The notes below the pieces were generated by a model that saw only the letters and a list, made by a program, of their open reading frames with translations, had not been told where the DNA came from and made no database searches. Of a DNA stretch of 64,000 nucleotides, positions 25,701 to 35,970 are shown one piece after another (the first letter of the stretch is position 1; every line of letters starts with the position of its first letter). This DNA comes from Carcharhinus longimanus (taxonomy: Eukaryota). The position numbers and the translations under genes are program-made. The DNA is taken from positions 72,125,124 through 72,189,123 of the forward strand of contig JASCQW010000043.1 in the NCBI GenBank assembly GCA_030264375.1, given 5' to 3'.

Positions 25701-25939
25701 CAGAAATAATGCAAGATAAATTTGCAGCACAGTTGGTACATTTACAGTCCCATGAAAGAATAATTAAGAATGGTGTATATTCAGACTTTAAACAAAAATT
25801 GATTGGTAATTCCTAATATCAAGATTTTTTTTCTCTCAGGTGTATGTTGTCGTTGGGGTTGCAGCACTGGCTTGCACTGGACTGGTACTAATGCTAATAA
25901 TTCTCAGGTTTGGCAAACACTCCAAGTTTGGAATGAAAG
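1684..25939 (+). CDS. NTRK2: Trk-family neurotrophin receptor tyrosine kinase, TrkB-like (partial; 8 coding exons from the last LRR to the TM helix; 5' exons lie upstream, kinase exons presumably downstream)
   Basis: Exons 1684-1752, 5666-5823, 10154-10290, 11863-11998, 13809-14111, 17419-17451, 20274-20377 and 25840-25939 join in one open frame with canonical AG/GT sites. Diagnostic motifs: NPFxCSC, [43 protein letters not shown]. Trk family membership is secure; exact paralog (NTRK2 vs an NTRK2-like paralog) is not. Confidence 0.93.
3531..4523. mobile_element. ~1 kb non-autonomous DNA transposon (PIF/Harbinger-like) with C-rich interior
   Basis: Imperfect TIRs: gggcccaattttaccatt at the left end and aatggtagaatcaggccc at the right. 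A related copy lies at about 55000-55990. Explains the Pro/Gly-rich ORFs. Confidence 0.7.
5404..5530. mobile_element. Harbinger-type MITE (~125 bp)
   Basis: Termini ggtgggattttat...gtaaaattccagcc; same family as 18115-18241, 19190-19315 and 43960-44087. Confidence 0.65.
5666..5823 (+). CDS. NTRK2: Trk exon, LRR C-terminal cysteine cluster (ILTENPFLCSCGIAWIQFWQANNLATLEVQNLTC...RIPDC)
   Basis: Acceptor tttttttccctctag, donor G|gtactg; 158 nt; NPFxCSC..W LRRCT motif; lies within supplied ORF 5622..5879. Confidence 0.95.
6210..6790 (+). repeat. Degenerate 22-bp minisatellite interrupted by a MITE (~6405-6555)
   Basis: Near-perfect units gttatagggtgcagggtccggc at 6576-6641; degenerate ggatacagagccctatgttatt-like units on both sides. 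Confidence 0.75.
10154..10290 (+). CDS. NTRK2: Trk exon, Ig domain 1 first half (ELPKASVNISNVTVVEGGEVAIECTAVGRPIPTMDWQEHILHSTYQ)
   Basis: Acceptor ttttctttatttcag, donor CAG|gtttga; 137 nt; Ig I-set pattern V.EG...I.C...G.P.P...W. Confidence 0.93.
10380..10625 (-). mobile_element. tRNA-derived SINE (second family)
   Basis: Reverse B-box (ggaattcgaacc); body ccagaccaggtaag...gcagatttccttccctaaagg shared with the + copies at 35347-35745 and 57600-57720. Confidence 0.7.
11863..11998 (+). CDS. NTRK2: Trk exon, Ig domain 1 second half ([45 protein letters not shown])
   Basis: Acceptor ttatttctcttcatag, donor T|gtgagt; 136 nt; resembles TrkB [21 protein letters not shown]. Confidence 0.94.
12309..12580 (+). 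mobile_element. HE1-like SINE, 5'-truncated
   Basis: gggtcactgtctgtgtggagtttgcacattctcc...ttctatgattctatga. Confidence 0.85.
13385..13680 (-). mobile_element. L2-type LINE 3' end fragment
   Basis: Resembles the reverse complement of the L2 3' region seen at 35750-35970. Confidence 0.5.
13809..14111 (+). CDS. NTRK2: Trk exon, neurotrophin-binding Ig domain 2 (d5)
   Basis: Acceptor ttgcttttctctctag, donor CAG|gtgggt; 303 nt; [20 protein letters not shown]...[19 protein letters not shown]...AHFM; lies within ORF 13793..14245. Confidence 0.97.
16233..16465 (-). mobile_element. HE1-like SINE
   Basis: catagaaaccctacagtgcag...ggaggaaaccagagcacccagaggaaacccatgcag, the reverse complement of the SINE body. 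Confidence 0.85.
16550..17200 (+). mobile_element. Decayed CR1 ORF2 endonuclease region
   Basis: Remnants of the GDFNxPxIDW and FLEFMQxxFLxxYV-like motifs with frameshifts. Confidence 0.5.
17419..17451 (+). CDS. NTRK2: Trk 33-nt symmetric juxtamembrane microexon (GNEPITDPEFY)
   Basis: Acceptor actttttgaaatctag, donor TATG|gtaagt; phase 1-1; same position as the short extracellular juxtamembrane exon of TrkB/TrkA. Confidence 0.8.
18413..18612. mobile_element. Penelope-type palindromic repeat with a hammerhead-like core, inserted in a minus-strand CR1 fragment
   Basis: Inverted arms about 18462-18536 and 18539-18611; CTGATGA-A-GGAGC-agc-GCTCC-GAAA at 18540-18564; near-TSD aggaatcaat/aggaatgaat. 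Confidence 0.7.
20274..20377 (+). CDS. NTRK2: Trk extracellular juxtamembrane exon (GAYDQLEELFGVTSDNSTAIGPPSVTEKTMEDGIA)
   Basis: Acceptor tctctcacttccag, donor GCT|gtaagt; 104 nt, phase 1-0, which matches the TM exon. Confidence 0.88.
20450..20850 (-). mobile_element. Deu-domain SINE (SacSINE1/AmnSINE-related)
   Basis: Reverse complement of Deu-domain-like sequence (gatgttggttgagg...ttcccctgttcttc...gggatttttac...gcctcattttaatgttgcatcc). Confidence 0.6.
21103..21530 (+). mobile_element. CR1 LINE 3' end (relatively young)
   Basis: ORF 21157..21390 MKGIDKIEVGKLFPLASETRTRGYRLKIRGGRFRTELRRNFLTQRAVNLWNSLP is a CR1 ORF2 C-terminus; tail (gttcttat)n. Confidence 0.9.
21545..21735 (-). mobile_element. 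CR1 LINE 3' end
   Basis: Reverse complement of the tail at 130-345. Confidence 0.8.
22740..22982 (-). mobile_element. tRNA-headed SINE
   Basis: Minus strand begins tagctcagttggttgaacag (A box) ... ggttcaattcc (B box), followed by a non-tRNA body. Confidence 0.7.
23481..23680. mobile_element. Penelope-type palindromic repeat (family 2)
   Basis: Inverted arms 23491-23545 and 23579-23634; related copies at 34637-34809, 39345-39440 and 60261-60575. Confidence 0.7.
24700..25000 (+). mobile_element. CR1 LINE spanning an assembly gap
   Basis: HGVGGRVLAWIEDWLSNRRQRV RT motif before the gap; (ttcttatg)n tail after it. Confidence 0.85.
25840..25939 (+). CDS. NTRK2: Trk transmembrane exon ([34 protein letters not shown])
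   Basis: Acceptor ttttttttctctcag, donor AAG|gtaagg; 100 nt; hydrophobic helix followed by the TrkB-type HSKFGMKG motif. Confidence 0.97.
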
Positions 25940-28774
25940 GTAAGGAAAACAGAAGTTTGTTACCTTGATTTGTTGTAAATAAAACTTTATTCAAGCTGGT
26001 TGGAGAGGTATTAATTCAACCTGCAGTTGACAACCATTAGATTAGGATTTAATAACTTCATTCAACTGATGAACTATCATCAAATCAATATACCTCTAAA
26101 CAATGTATCACTCAAATAAATAACTCTTCATAGGTGTTTTGAATGTCATGGAACATTTTGCCAATTATGTATGAGTTTGTCTGTTTTATTTAATTTGAAT
26201 GGAGCTGATAATATGTAAAATTCAGGTAGAGTTTTTTAGGCAGATGTCCCTTTCTATCACCCGCACCCCACTTATTTGTAATTTAAATAATGGAATGAAT
26301 GACTTATAATTGATAAGTTACTTTATGAGGATAATATCAACAAAACTCAGTTGCTTCTGCTTTATAACATCCATCACTTCTTGCCTAGCTTGCTAAGTGC
26401 AACAGAAAAAAGTAATGTCTCTTGGGGAATCATTGTGGTTGGAAAGGTATACCTCACTTCACTGGCTGGAAGAACAGCATTCTCAGGGGAAAAATATCAA
26501 TAAATGAAAGAAGAAAATTGGAGGGATCCCATTTACGGAGTAACAGTTCAGTTCAATAAGGGCATTGTAATTTATTAAATGACTGGAAGATTATCTTAGA
26601 GTGTGAGATCCTTATGTAAAAGAATCAAGAGCTGAAATTTTCCAGCCATTCCTGCTGGTTGAATTTTCTGGTCCCGCCAATGGCCATCCCCTACCATAGG
26701 TAAACCAGCATTGGAGGCTGCAAACAATAGGACAACCTGTTGATAGCCGCAGGACCGGAAGCCCCTGCCACTTGCAATGGCAGGCCACCTTCGCCACCAC
26801 ACACCATGGAGGGGCTGGAAAACCCCCACCCAACATGTTTGCTATCCAGTGTCAGATAATGCGGATGATTTTCATTTTGATTGCCCAATACTATCTTCTG
26901 TGAGAGACAAATATTCAATGCTAAGGGTCTCCAGAAACAATATAATGTAAAATAATATATTTATAATGTGCCACACTTGAACTGAGATATCCTTTCTTAT
27001 AAAGAGACAAATAAAAGGAGCCTTGTTAGACTTCTGAACAAGCAAAGACTAGTTCAGTTGATGTATACAATAGAATGTCTTTAGGAAAGTCCTCATTACG
27101 CCTACATGAGATTGGCATCATTTCATGTGTTTGATGCTGTCCTGCAACAACCCAATATGTATATTCAAACATAACAATGACACAGAGGTTGAATAGAATC
27201 ATATTGAATCTATATAATATTGCATTGTTGTGGTAACTTTTAAAATACGCATTTAGGGCTGAATTTTTGCAGAGTTAAGCTGACTCTGGAGACCTTCAAG
27301 AATGGTAGGCAAGAGCCAGGTGCAGAATCTTCATTTTGGAAGATATAATTTTTGCCATGGGGGGAGAGGATGGGAGCTGAATCACACAAACTCAGTAGAG
27401 CCATGTGAAAATAATGCTAGGCACAAACAGACTGAAACTTTGCTGTTCCAAAGACCTTACCTGCAGAATGGGGATCAGGAATTGACGCATCAGGCACAAA
27501 TGCTCTTGAAAGGCAGACAAGGTTAATGTGTCATGATCTCAAGTTATTTAAATCCCCAGCCTTTAAAGAAGAAAAAAAAAATGCGGCTGTTAGTTAAAGA
27601 AAAATCAAAAACCTGCTACTGGAAAGGATTGATTGACAGGCCATCTGAGATAGCTTAGAAAAGAAATTACCATTTGAACCTGCGGGTTCAACCATCTTCA
27701 TTGATGGCATTTCTTAAGGTCTGTCATTACAGCTAAGCCTATTATGAGTTTCAAAAGCTCTTAAAATACTTATCTCAGCCAGGGACTGAGTTCACATTTT
27801 GATAGTCTTAAGAGGTTATTAGCTGTCTTTGATGAGATTACCGAATATGGGATTTAAATTTTTGAATGAGTTTCAAAAATTAGCATTTTTTTCAGTACCA
27901 ACTTTGTATGAATGAAAGCTCTTTTTTATGTTAGAAGGTTATATTTTATTCATTTCTACATAGCTCCCAGGATCTACCCACAGTGAATTCTAGGAGATTG
28001 TCTGTGGAGGCGGCTTAGGGTTATGAGGTGGCTATGGAGGTAGCAAGGGAGGTGGCATGGGAGCTCAGACAACTATTACAATAACAGAACACCATAGAAA
28101 ACATTGTTTGCTTGAAATCCCAGACTGTCTAATTTCACAATGTTTGTCAACATAAGTTAATTGGTTTCTAGTGCTTGTGGTTTGTAGATAAACATTTTTT
28201 ATTAGCTTGCCATCCAGACTTTTGTTTCAGAGGAGAAACTGATCAATGGTTTGCATCTTTTCACAGCCTTTTTTTTTTACACATGCCACTTTGCACTATG
28301 GTGCTGTGTCCATTGGTTTCAGAAAGTTTATAATGGGTCAACAGACAGGGAAGTACTAGAAGCTAGTAAAGGGAGCATGAGGGGGTGGGGTGAAGGGAAT
28401 AGCTTGGTATGGGGGCATTAAGGGAGAGGGATGCAGGTAGAAATGCATAACATGTTATGGGGGCCTGAGAGGGTGAGTGGAAGGGCAGAGCTCGGCAATG
28501 GTGATCATTAGGAGACATAGGTGGTGGGTGGAGTTTATGAGGTAGCATGCATGGGGCATGGGCAATGTTTGGAGGATGAAACAGATATGTGGTATAAGGG
28601 CAGGAAATCTTTGTGCTTCTTTTCATTGGGACATTGGCTCTGAGGTAGAAATTTAAACGGACTGCTTTGTCACCCAGCAGGCCTTGTGGCTGCCTCTGTA
28701 CTTCTTCCCTAGTCAGCTGATCTGACTCCAGCTCACACGAAACTCCCAGCAATGAGCGGGGCAAGCCAAGAATT

Positions 28775-28945
28775 TTCCCCACATGAGACATTGATAGGAT
28801 GCAGAGCTGGGCCAAAAAGTGGCAGATGGAGTTTAACCCTGATAAGTGCGAAGTGATTCATTTTGGTAGGACAGATTTGGATTATAGAGTCAACAGTAGG
28901 GTTCTGAGGAATGTGGAGGAATAGAGCTCTTGGGGTTCTGATCTT
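28775..28945 (+). mobile_element. CR1 ORF2 fragment
   Basis: DIDRMQSWAKKWQMEFNPDKCEVIHFGR, a typical CR1 RT thumb sequence. Confidence 0.85.
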
Positions 28946-30403
28946 GCCTTCTCCCTATAGCCCTTGATCCCTTTAACCCCAAGGGCCATGCACAAATCAG
29001 CCCCTTTAAATGACCATTCATGTGTGGCCAGACAAAAATAATTTAAAGGGTCTGTGCATTTAAATAAATCGCTCGCGCACTCCAAAAAAAAATTGGAGGG
29101 AAGCTGACTGGTGACTCTGTTTTCATCCTCTATCTGAATTCTGTAGCGAATATGTCAATTAGCTGGCTGGGAGGAGAGAGGTAGCATTATAATAATGCTG
29201 AGAGCTTTGGTCCTAAATGTGCCCAGCATTATTATACAAAAAAAAATAATTGGCATGCAAATGGTGCCTGACTTACATGAAGCTAAATTTACGATAATTT
29301 GCAGAAATGTACAAAAAAGAAGTCTATTAATTGCGTACCTCTGCTGACTGAGGGTCAAACCAGATTCTGAGCTATTATTCAGGAGGCAAGAGAGTTGATA
29401 TTTCATTCAACTTGCTGAGGTATTCACATACAAATAATGTGCAGCACACAATTTCAGGGTTTGGTTGGGGTGTCACTCATTTATATAGATACAGGGCAAG
29501 ACTTGTGTCCCCAGACTGGAAATGAACAGGAACAAACAGCTTTCGCAATGTAACCAAAGTGGACAGGATATTGGTATCAAGGATGTTGTAACTTACATTG
29601 TTGATAGCAGATGACAGAAGGAACAAAAGGTTTGCATCAGTAGATGGGTCAACACTGCAGAATTCAGGAGCATACCAAGAATAATGACAGTGCAGTTTAC
29701 TAGTGAAGGTAAGTCATTTCGTCTCTTTCTTTGCTTGCTCTGTGAGATTAGGTGTGGTAATTTGGACTGTCGTAAAAATAAATGGACGCAGGTACAAGAC
29801 TGCACAGAGATATTAGGAGGAAAAGGAGAAAGAGCAGGCGGAAAGGCAAAAACAGAAGGACAGAGAGACTGAGAAACCCATGTACGGAGCATCATTTTCC
29901 AGGTTTAGTTGCGAGTGAAGATCGCTAAAGGGCAGGAGATGGGGAGGAAGGCCCAAATACCAGATATCACACTCACTTTCTTGTCCAAGTCATTTTCCAA
30001 ACCGAGTTTTACTTGGAGCCAATGATACCAAACTCCCTTTTTATTAGCCAGCAAAGATATGCTGAGGATTTATGTCTGATTACCCCATTGTTAATGCTGA
30101 ATATTCATCAGCCTTGGATTATAGTTTCTAATTTTGATTTACAGCAGGCTTGAAAGTAAATCATGAAATGTTTAATTTTCAATTGATTTGAACACTATAG
30201 ATGTCTTTGGATGTTGGATACCAGCTTTTACTGTTTAGTCTTCTGCCATTTGCTCTCTGTCAGTTCAGACGAAGCTGTAAACAGTTCCATATTAGATCTC
30301 TCCTTCATAAATTCTTAAAATCTTTTGACCATTTTTCCTCAGCAAAGACTTACACATGTATAGAACATAAAAAATAGGAGCAGGAATAGGCCATTCAGCC
30401 AAT

Positions 30404-30610
30404 GGGTGGCACAATGGTTAGCACTGCTGCCTCACAGTACCAGGGACCCGGGTTCAATTCCCAGCTTGGGTCACTGTCTGTGCAGAGTCTGCATGTTTAC
30501 TTGGGTTTGGTTCCCTCCCACAGTCCAAAGATGTGCAGCTCAGGTGGATTCGCCATGTTAAATGACCCTTAGTGTCATGGGGAACTGGTTAGGGTAAATG
30601 CAGAGGTTTA
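30404..30610 (+). mobile_element. HE1-like SINE
   Basis: ggtggcacaatggttagcactgctgcctcacagtaccagggacccgggttcaattcc head. Confidence 0.85.
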
Positions 30611-30649
30611 TTCTTGACTTTGAGCATTAGTATTAAAGAGCTGATAGTG

Positions 30650-31955
30650 AGTCAGCAGCCTCTGTTACATTTCTTTCTATTTCTTAAATTCCCATTGACG
30701 TGAAATTGAATCATGATTTGACATTTTATCATCGAGTTGTGCCTGTTTTGGTGATTGTGGGGAACACGTGGCTGGGGGAACTGGGGGAGGGCTTTGAATG
30801 TGGGGAACATATGGTTTTCCACTGCAGACGCCATCCTTGCAGTGTTGGCCTGGGAAGGATGCAATAACTGGTCCACTAAAAGCTTTGAGACTCCCCCCCC
30901 AACAGCCTCACAGTTGGTCCAGTGTGCCCGTCAGCCCCTCCTGCCTTCCCTGGCTCTGTTGCTGCCTCTCCAGCAGCTGGAGGAGACGTGATCTTAGAAG
31001 CCGAGCATGTAGCCTGGGGCCAGCTGAGTCCTCGGCTCCGGCAGGCACCCCTCCACATGCCCATTCCTTCCTTCACCTGATGTACATTATCAGATGTGTC
31101 GTGCTCACCAGAGAATGACCCAGAAGCCTCAACACCAATTGACATGTCAATATCTGGGATGGTGAGTTATGAGGTGGCAGCTGACGCCAAACGGTAGCAC
31201 TCTCAAAGTCCCTTTACTCATTTTCTCTGAGGACTCGTCTGAGCTGTCTGGACCAGGAGGGGCGGGAGCTGTAGCCGGGGCCTGTATAGCTGGGCCCAGG
31301 GTGTCCAGATCTGTCCCTTTAACACAGGACACAAGGTTAAGCGCAAGGGAGGGAGAGGACTGACAAACACCATGATTCACATTTCTCCATTGAACGTAGA
31401 ACAAAGAACCAAGAAAATTATATCACAAGAACAGGCCCTTCAGCCCTCCAAACTGTAGCGACCAGGCTGACCATCTGATTTGTAACTCCCTACCCTTCCG
31501 GGTATCATATGCCTCTATTCCATGCCATTCACGTAACTGTAGAGATGCCCCTTAAAGGTCACTATCGAATCTCTGTCCGTGACCTCCCCCGGCAGTGGGT
31601 TCCAGGCACCCAATACCCTCTCTGTGCAAATAAACATGCTTCGTACATCTCCTTTAAACCTTGCCCCTTGCGCCCAAAACCTGTGCCCCTGAGAAGTTGC
31701 CTCAAAGTGATTGAAGGTGCTCACTTTTTGATGGCAGCCCCACCATGCTGTCGCTGACAGCCCGCATCTTCCCTTCTCTGGAGACCTCCAGCTCCTGCTC
31801 CTCAAAGGGGGTGAGGACCTGGAGGTCTGGCTCACCACCCCCTGTCTTCACCCTCTCACGGGTGTTATGGTTGGTCTTCTCCTGCGGAGGCAGAAGGAGC
31901 CATGAAAGAAATGGCGGCGTGCGTGATTCCTGCAGGGTATCAGGTGATGACCCTC
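30650..31955 (-). mobile_element. Harbinger Myb/SANT-like (ORF2) gene remnant interrupted by a CR1 tail (~31397-31700)
   Basis: ORF 31702..32067 contains QEKTNHNTRERVKTGGGEPDLQVLTPFEEQELE, resembling the KTGGG motif that follows the Myb/SANT domain in Harbinger/NAIF1-like proteins. Confidence 0.6.
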
Positions 31956-32055
31956 NNNNNNNNNNNNNNNNNNNNNNNNNNNNNNNNNNNNNNNNNNNNN
32001 NNNNNNNNNNNNNNNNNNNNNNNNNNNNNNNNNNNNNNNNNNNNNNNNNNNNNNN

Positions 32056-32235
32056 TGTGGAATGCACTGCCTGCTGTGATAGTGGAGTCGGACACTTTAG
32101 AAACTTTCAAGTGGTTATTGGATAGGCACATGGAGCACACAAGAATGATAGGGAGTGGGATAGCTTGATCTTGACTTTGGCACAACATCGAGGGCCGAAG
32201 GGCCTGTACTCTGCTGTACTATTCTATGTTCTATC
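32056..32235 (+). mobile_element. CR1 LINE 3' end
   Basis: WNALPAVIVESDTLETFK.LLDRHM followed by a tattctatgttcta tail. Confidence 0.85.
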
Positions 32236-33589
32236 CTAACCCCCACCCACCCGCCTTGAGGATGGAAATCCAGGCCTAAAGGTCAATTTGTAAAATGAGT
32301 TTAAAAGATTAAGGTTAGAGTGATGATTCTTTTCCATTCCACTTTCCCTCCTGTCAGCAGGGAAGCATTTGGCTCTCAGTCAGTGCCTCCCCTCTTGTAT
32401 TTGGCACCGATCAGAGCTCCACTTTTTTGAGAAATTCTAACGGCTGCTTGAAGCACTGTTCACAACGTTTCTACCAAGAATCTGTTCATTCATATCGTTG
32501 ACATGAGAATATAAGGAAGTTAATCTTTCTTTCTCTTCCTTCTATCCTTATGAACCATTAAAAGAATCATTTAAAATCAATAAATTGTGAACAAAATATA
32601 ATGTTACTTTTGACTTAATTAGTAAGAGATAAAATTAGCATTATAGTACTGAGAAATAGATTCATTAGTAATACAGTTGTCTAATCAAGAGTCCAACAAT
32701 GGCAGTCTAATGATCTGAGAACCATCAGTTAAATGTTATAAAAATGAAAAGGCTCTACAGTTGACTTCTGGTAAGTCCTTGAAACTCCATGAACAGTAAA
32801 GATTTCTGCATTTAATTTTCCACCAGGACATGCCCCTTATGTACAAAAGGATCGCTTGCATCTTTTAAAAACCACTAGAGAGTAGCTTGTGTAAGATATA
32901 CTGTAGGTTGGACTATGTTACTACTATAAAAAGTAAGATCTATAAACATTAATTTGATCTAGTAGGAGATTGTACAGCTCTGGAAGTCAAGACTGGGAAG
33001 CACAGATAATCTGTACTTTCTTCAGACCGACCATTGCTTTGTCCTTTTTTGCCATCATCGGACGTCAGCAGTGCTAAAAATAGGCCTCCAGAATGAGATT
33101 ACTATAGAGCATAGAACTCTATTTTTAAATGTGTGCTCAGATATAACAATTGCTTCAGAAGTAAACCACAATTTTATTAGACTGAAGTTTTCTTTTCCAT
33201 TGTGGCCATGTACAAAGTCTCTGCGTATTGATTTAAATTGAACCCCTGATGCATTCACCTTGAATGTGCAGATGACTTTAATGATTTGAATAATAATGAT
33301 TGAAACTTGATGTGTTAGGACTAGGTCTAAATAAACAATTCAGCAAATACCTACTTATCCTCAAACATACAGCCTCAATTCATTGTTGTTGGGTGAAAAG
33401 TGAACAGGAATTTTCACTATGACCGGTGATCACTGTTTAATTTTATAAATGTTTCTTACGCTCATCTCAGTCAAGGCGATTTATTTTGCGAAATGAGGTG
33501 CTTTGCATTCCAGGCAACAACTATTAGCATCAAGAACTTGGAGTTCAATGGATAGGAGATAACTGATATAGTCATTCACTGTCAGATTT

Positions 33590-35970
33590 GATTGGACCAG
33601 TTAAATGTATTGCTACTGTCTGCCAAAACTGGTTATGATTTCAGCATTAGCCTGGAATGTAGCTACCAGCTTGATTTTCTCTGCTACAAATTGCCTTCTT
33701 AACCCCTTCTCCTCCATCACTTCCACCATCAGCTCCAACAATAAGTGTGAGCTGTTCATGGGCTTCTTTGCACTAAGGGATTGTCATCTGATCAGCTTCC
33801 TCTGTGGCTTTCCTTCTTACCAATATCTCACTGAGCCAAACTTCCTGTAAAGATATCCCTGGCCCTAGATCTGAACTTGTATCATTCTCTAGTATCTCCC
33901 CTATCTCTGCTTATGCTTTCTCCAAGCTTATGATGCCAATAAGGCCATCTCCTGCTCCCTCCACCCATTCCCACTAAATGACTGACCACCCAATTTCTTT
34001 TCCTGGTTCCCATGTTAACTGATATTGTTAGCAAGTTCTCACTCTTCAGATGGTGTATCCCTCTCTTTCAAATCCACTGTCACCACCCATTCTTGTCTGT
34101 CTTGCAAACTCCTGTCCCCCTCTGATCTCCCTTTATTCTCCAAAGTCTTTGAATATGCTATCACTTTCAAATTCTGTTTCTTAGAAATCCATGTTTAATC
34201 CTTCCATTCAGGTTTCTGCCCCAGCCACAGTACAGAAATAGCTCTTATCAAAATGATGAATGACACCCGATGTGATTGTGGCAAAGGTAAACTATCCCTC
34301 CTCATCATGGTCAATCTGTCTGTAGCCTTTGATGGTTGATCATACCCTCAATCTCCTTCAATATCTCATCACTATTAACCTGCTGAGTGGGACTGGGCTC
34401 ACCTGTTTCCATTCCTATCTATCCAATCATGGCAAGAGAATCACTTGTAATGGCTGCTCTCCTCACTCCCATTCTGCCAAGTATCTATCCTTAGCCTCTT
34501 CCTCATTCTCAGTTACATGCTGCTCCTCAGCAACATCATCTGAAAAACAGAGTCAGTTTCTACATACATGCTGATAACACACATCTTTTGACCCTTCCAC
34601 TGCCTGGTTGATTTCCAGTACTAGGTAAGCCTAAGTAAGCAAATTACCGTGGATGCTGGAATCTGAAATCAAAAGAGAAAATACTGGAAAATCTCAGTAG
34701 GTCTGGCAGACGACCCTTTGACAAAAGGTCATCTGGACTTAAAACATCAGCTCTTTTCTCTCGTTACAGATGCTGTCAGACCTGCATTTTCCAGCATTTT
34801 CTCTTTTGGCTCCTCCAGTGAAATATTGGGCAGATTGATACCTTTATCTTCATTCTACATTATGAAGTCCATTCCCTAGCCACGGATATCATCCTTCGCT
34901 CTGCCAAATGTCCGATGCTCACTTAGACTGTTTGCAACTTTGGTGTCATATTTGATATCAGGTTGACTTTCCGATCACTCAGGCTGCATATTTCCACCTC
35001 TGCAATATTGCCTGACTCCATCCCTTTCTCACAATCTCTACTGCTGAAACACTCACCCAGGTCTTGCTTACCTCTAAACTTGACTATTGCAACATACTCT
35101 TGGCTACCCTCTGTAAACTTAAAGTTGTACAAAACTCTGTTGCCCTAACTCACCAAATCCTGTTTGTTGGTTCCTGGTTAAGTAACGCCTGGACATTAAA
35201 ACTTCCATCTTTGCTTTGAAATTTCTCCATGACCTCATTCCTCTTTATCTCTGTAACCTCCTCCAGACCTACAACCTTTGAAAATAACTGCACTCCTCTA
35301 ATTCTGGTTTCTTGACCATCACCAGTTTTAATGTGTTTTGTTCAGGGGTATTATAGCATTGTGATTATGTTAATGGACTAGTAATCCACAGATTTTGACT
35401 TGTGATCTTGAGATATGAGTTCAAATCCCACTATGGCAGTGACAGAATTTACATTTAATTAATTAAATAAATCTGGAATAAAAAGCTAGCAGCAGTAATG
35501 GCAACCATGAAACTATCAGATTGTCATAAAAACCTGTCTGGTTCACAAGGGAAACATGCCAATATGTCATTACAGATGCATAGCAATGTGATTGACTCTT
35601 AACTGCTCCCTGAAATGGCCTAGCAAGCCATTCAGTTGTGCTTAGATGGTGGCTCACCACCACCTTCTCAGTGGCAGTTATGGATTGGTGATAAATACTG
35701 TCTTTACCAATAATGCACACATCTTGTCAATGAATAAAATAAAAAGCTCCACCATTGGCAGCTGTGCTTTCAGTTGCCAATTGCCTGAGCCTTGGAATTT
35801 CCTCTCTACCTTTCTTAAAGCTGCTATTTGAAATCTACATGGTACAATCAAACCTTTGCTCATTGCCTATAATATGTGGCTTGATGTCAAATTTTGTTTC
35901 ATAAAGCTCCTTTGAAGTGTCTTGGGATGTTGCACTACATTAAGGACACAATATAAATGCAAATCGCTGT
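33590..35970 (+). mobile_element. Decayed L2-clade LINE with nested insertions
   Basis: RT remnants SGFCPSHSTEIALIKMMND...GKLSLLIMVNLSVAFD at about 34205-34335; 3' end near 35880-35970; interrupted by a palindrome (34637-34809) and a SINE (35347-35745). Confidence 0.8.

Noticed and set aside
35890-35920. ILFHKAPL resembling the TrkB.T1 tail FVLFHKIPLDG
   Set aside because: Lies within the 3' end of an L2 repeat and has no splice acceptor; coincidence.
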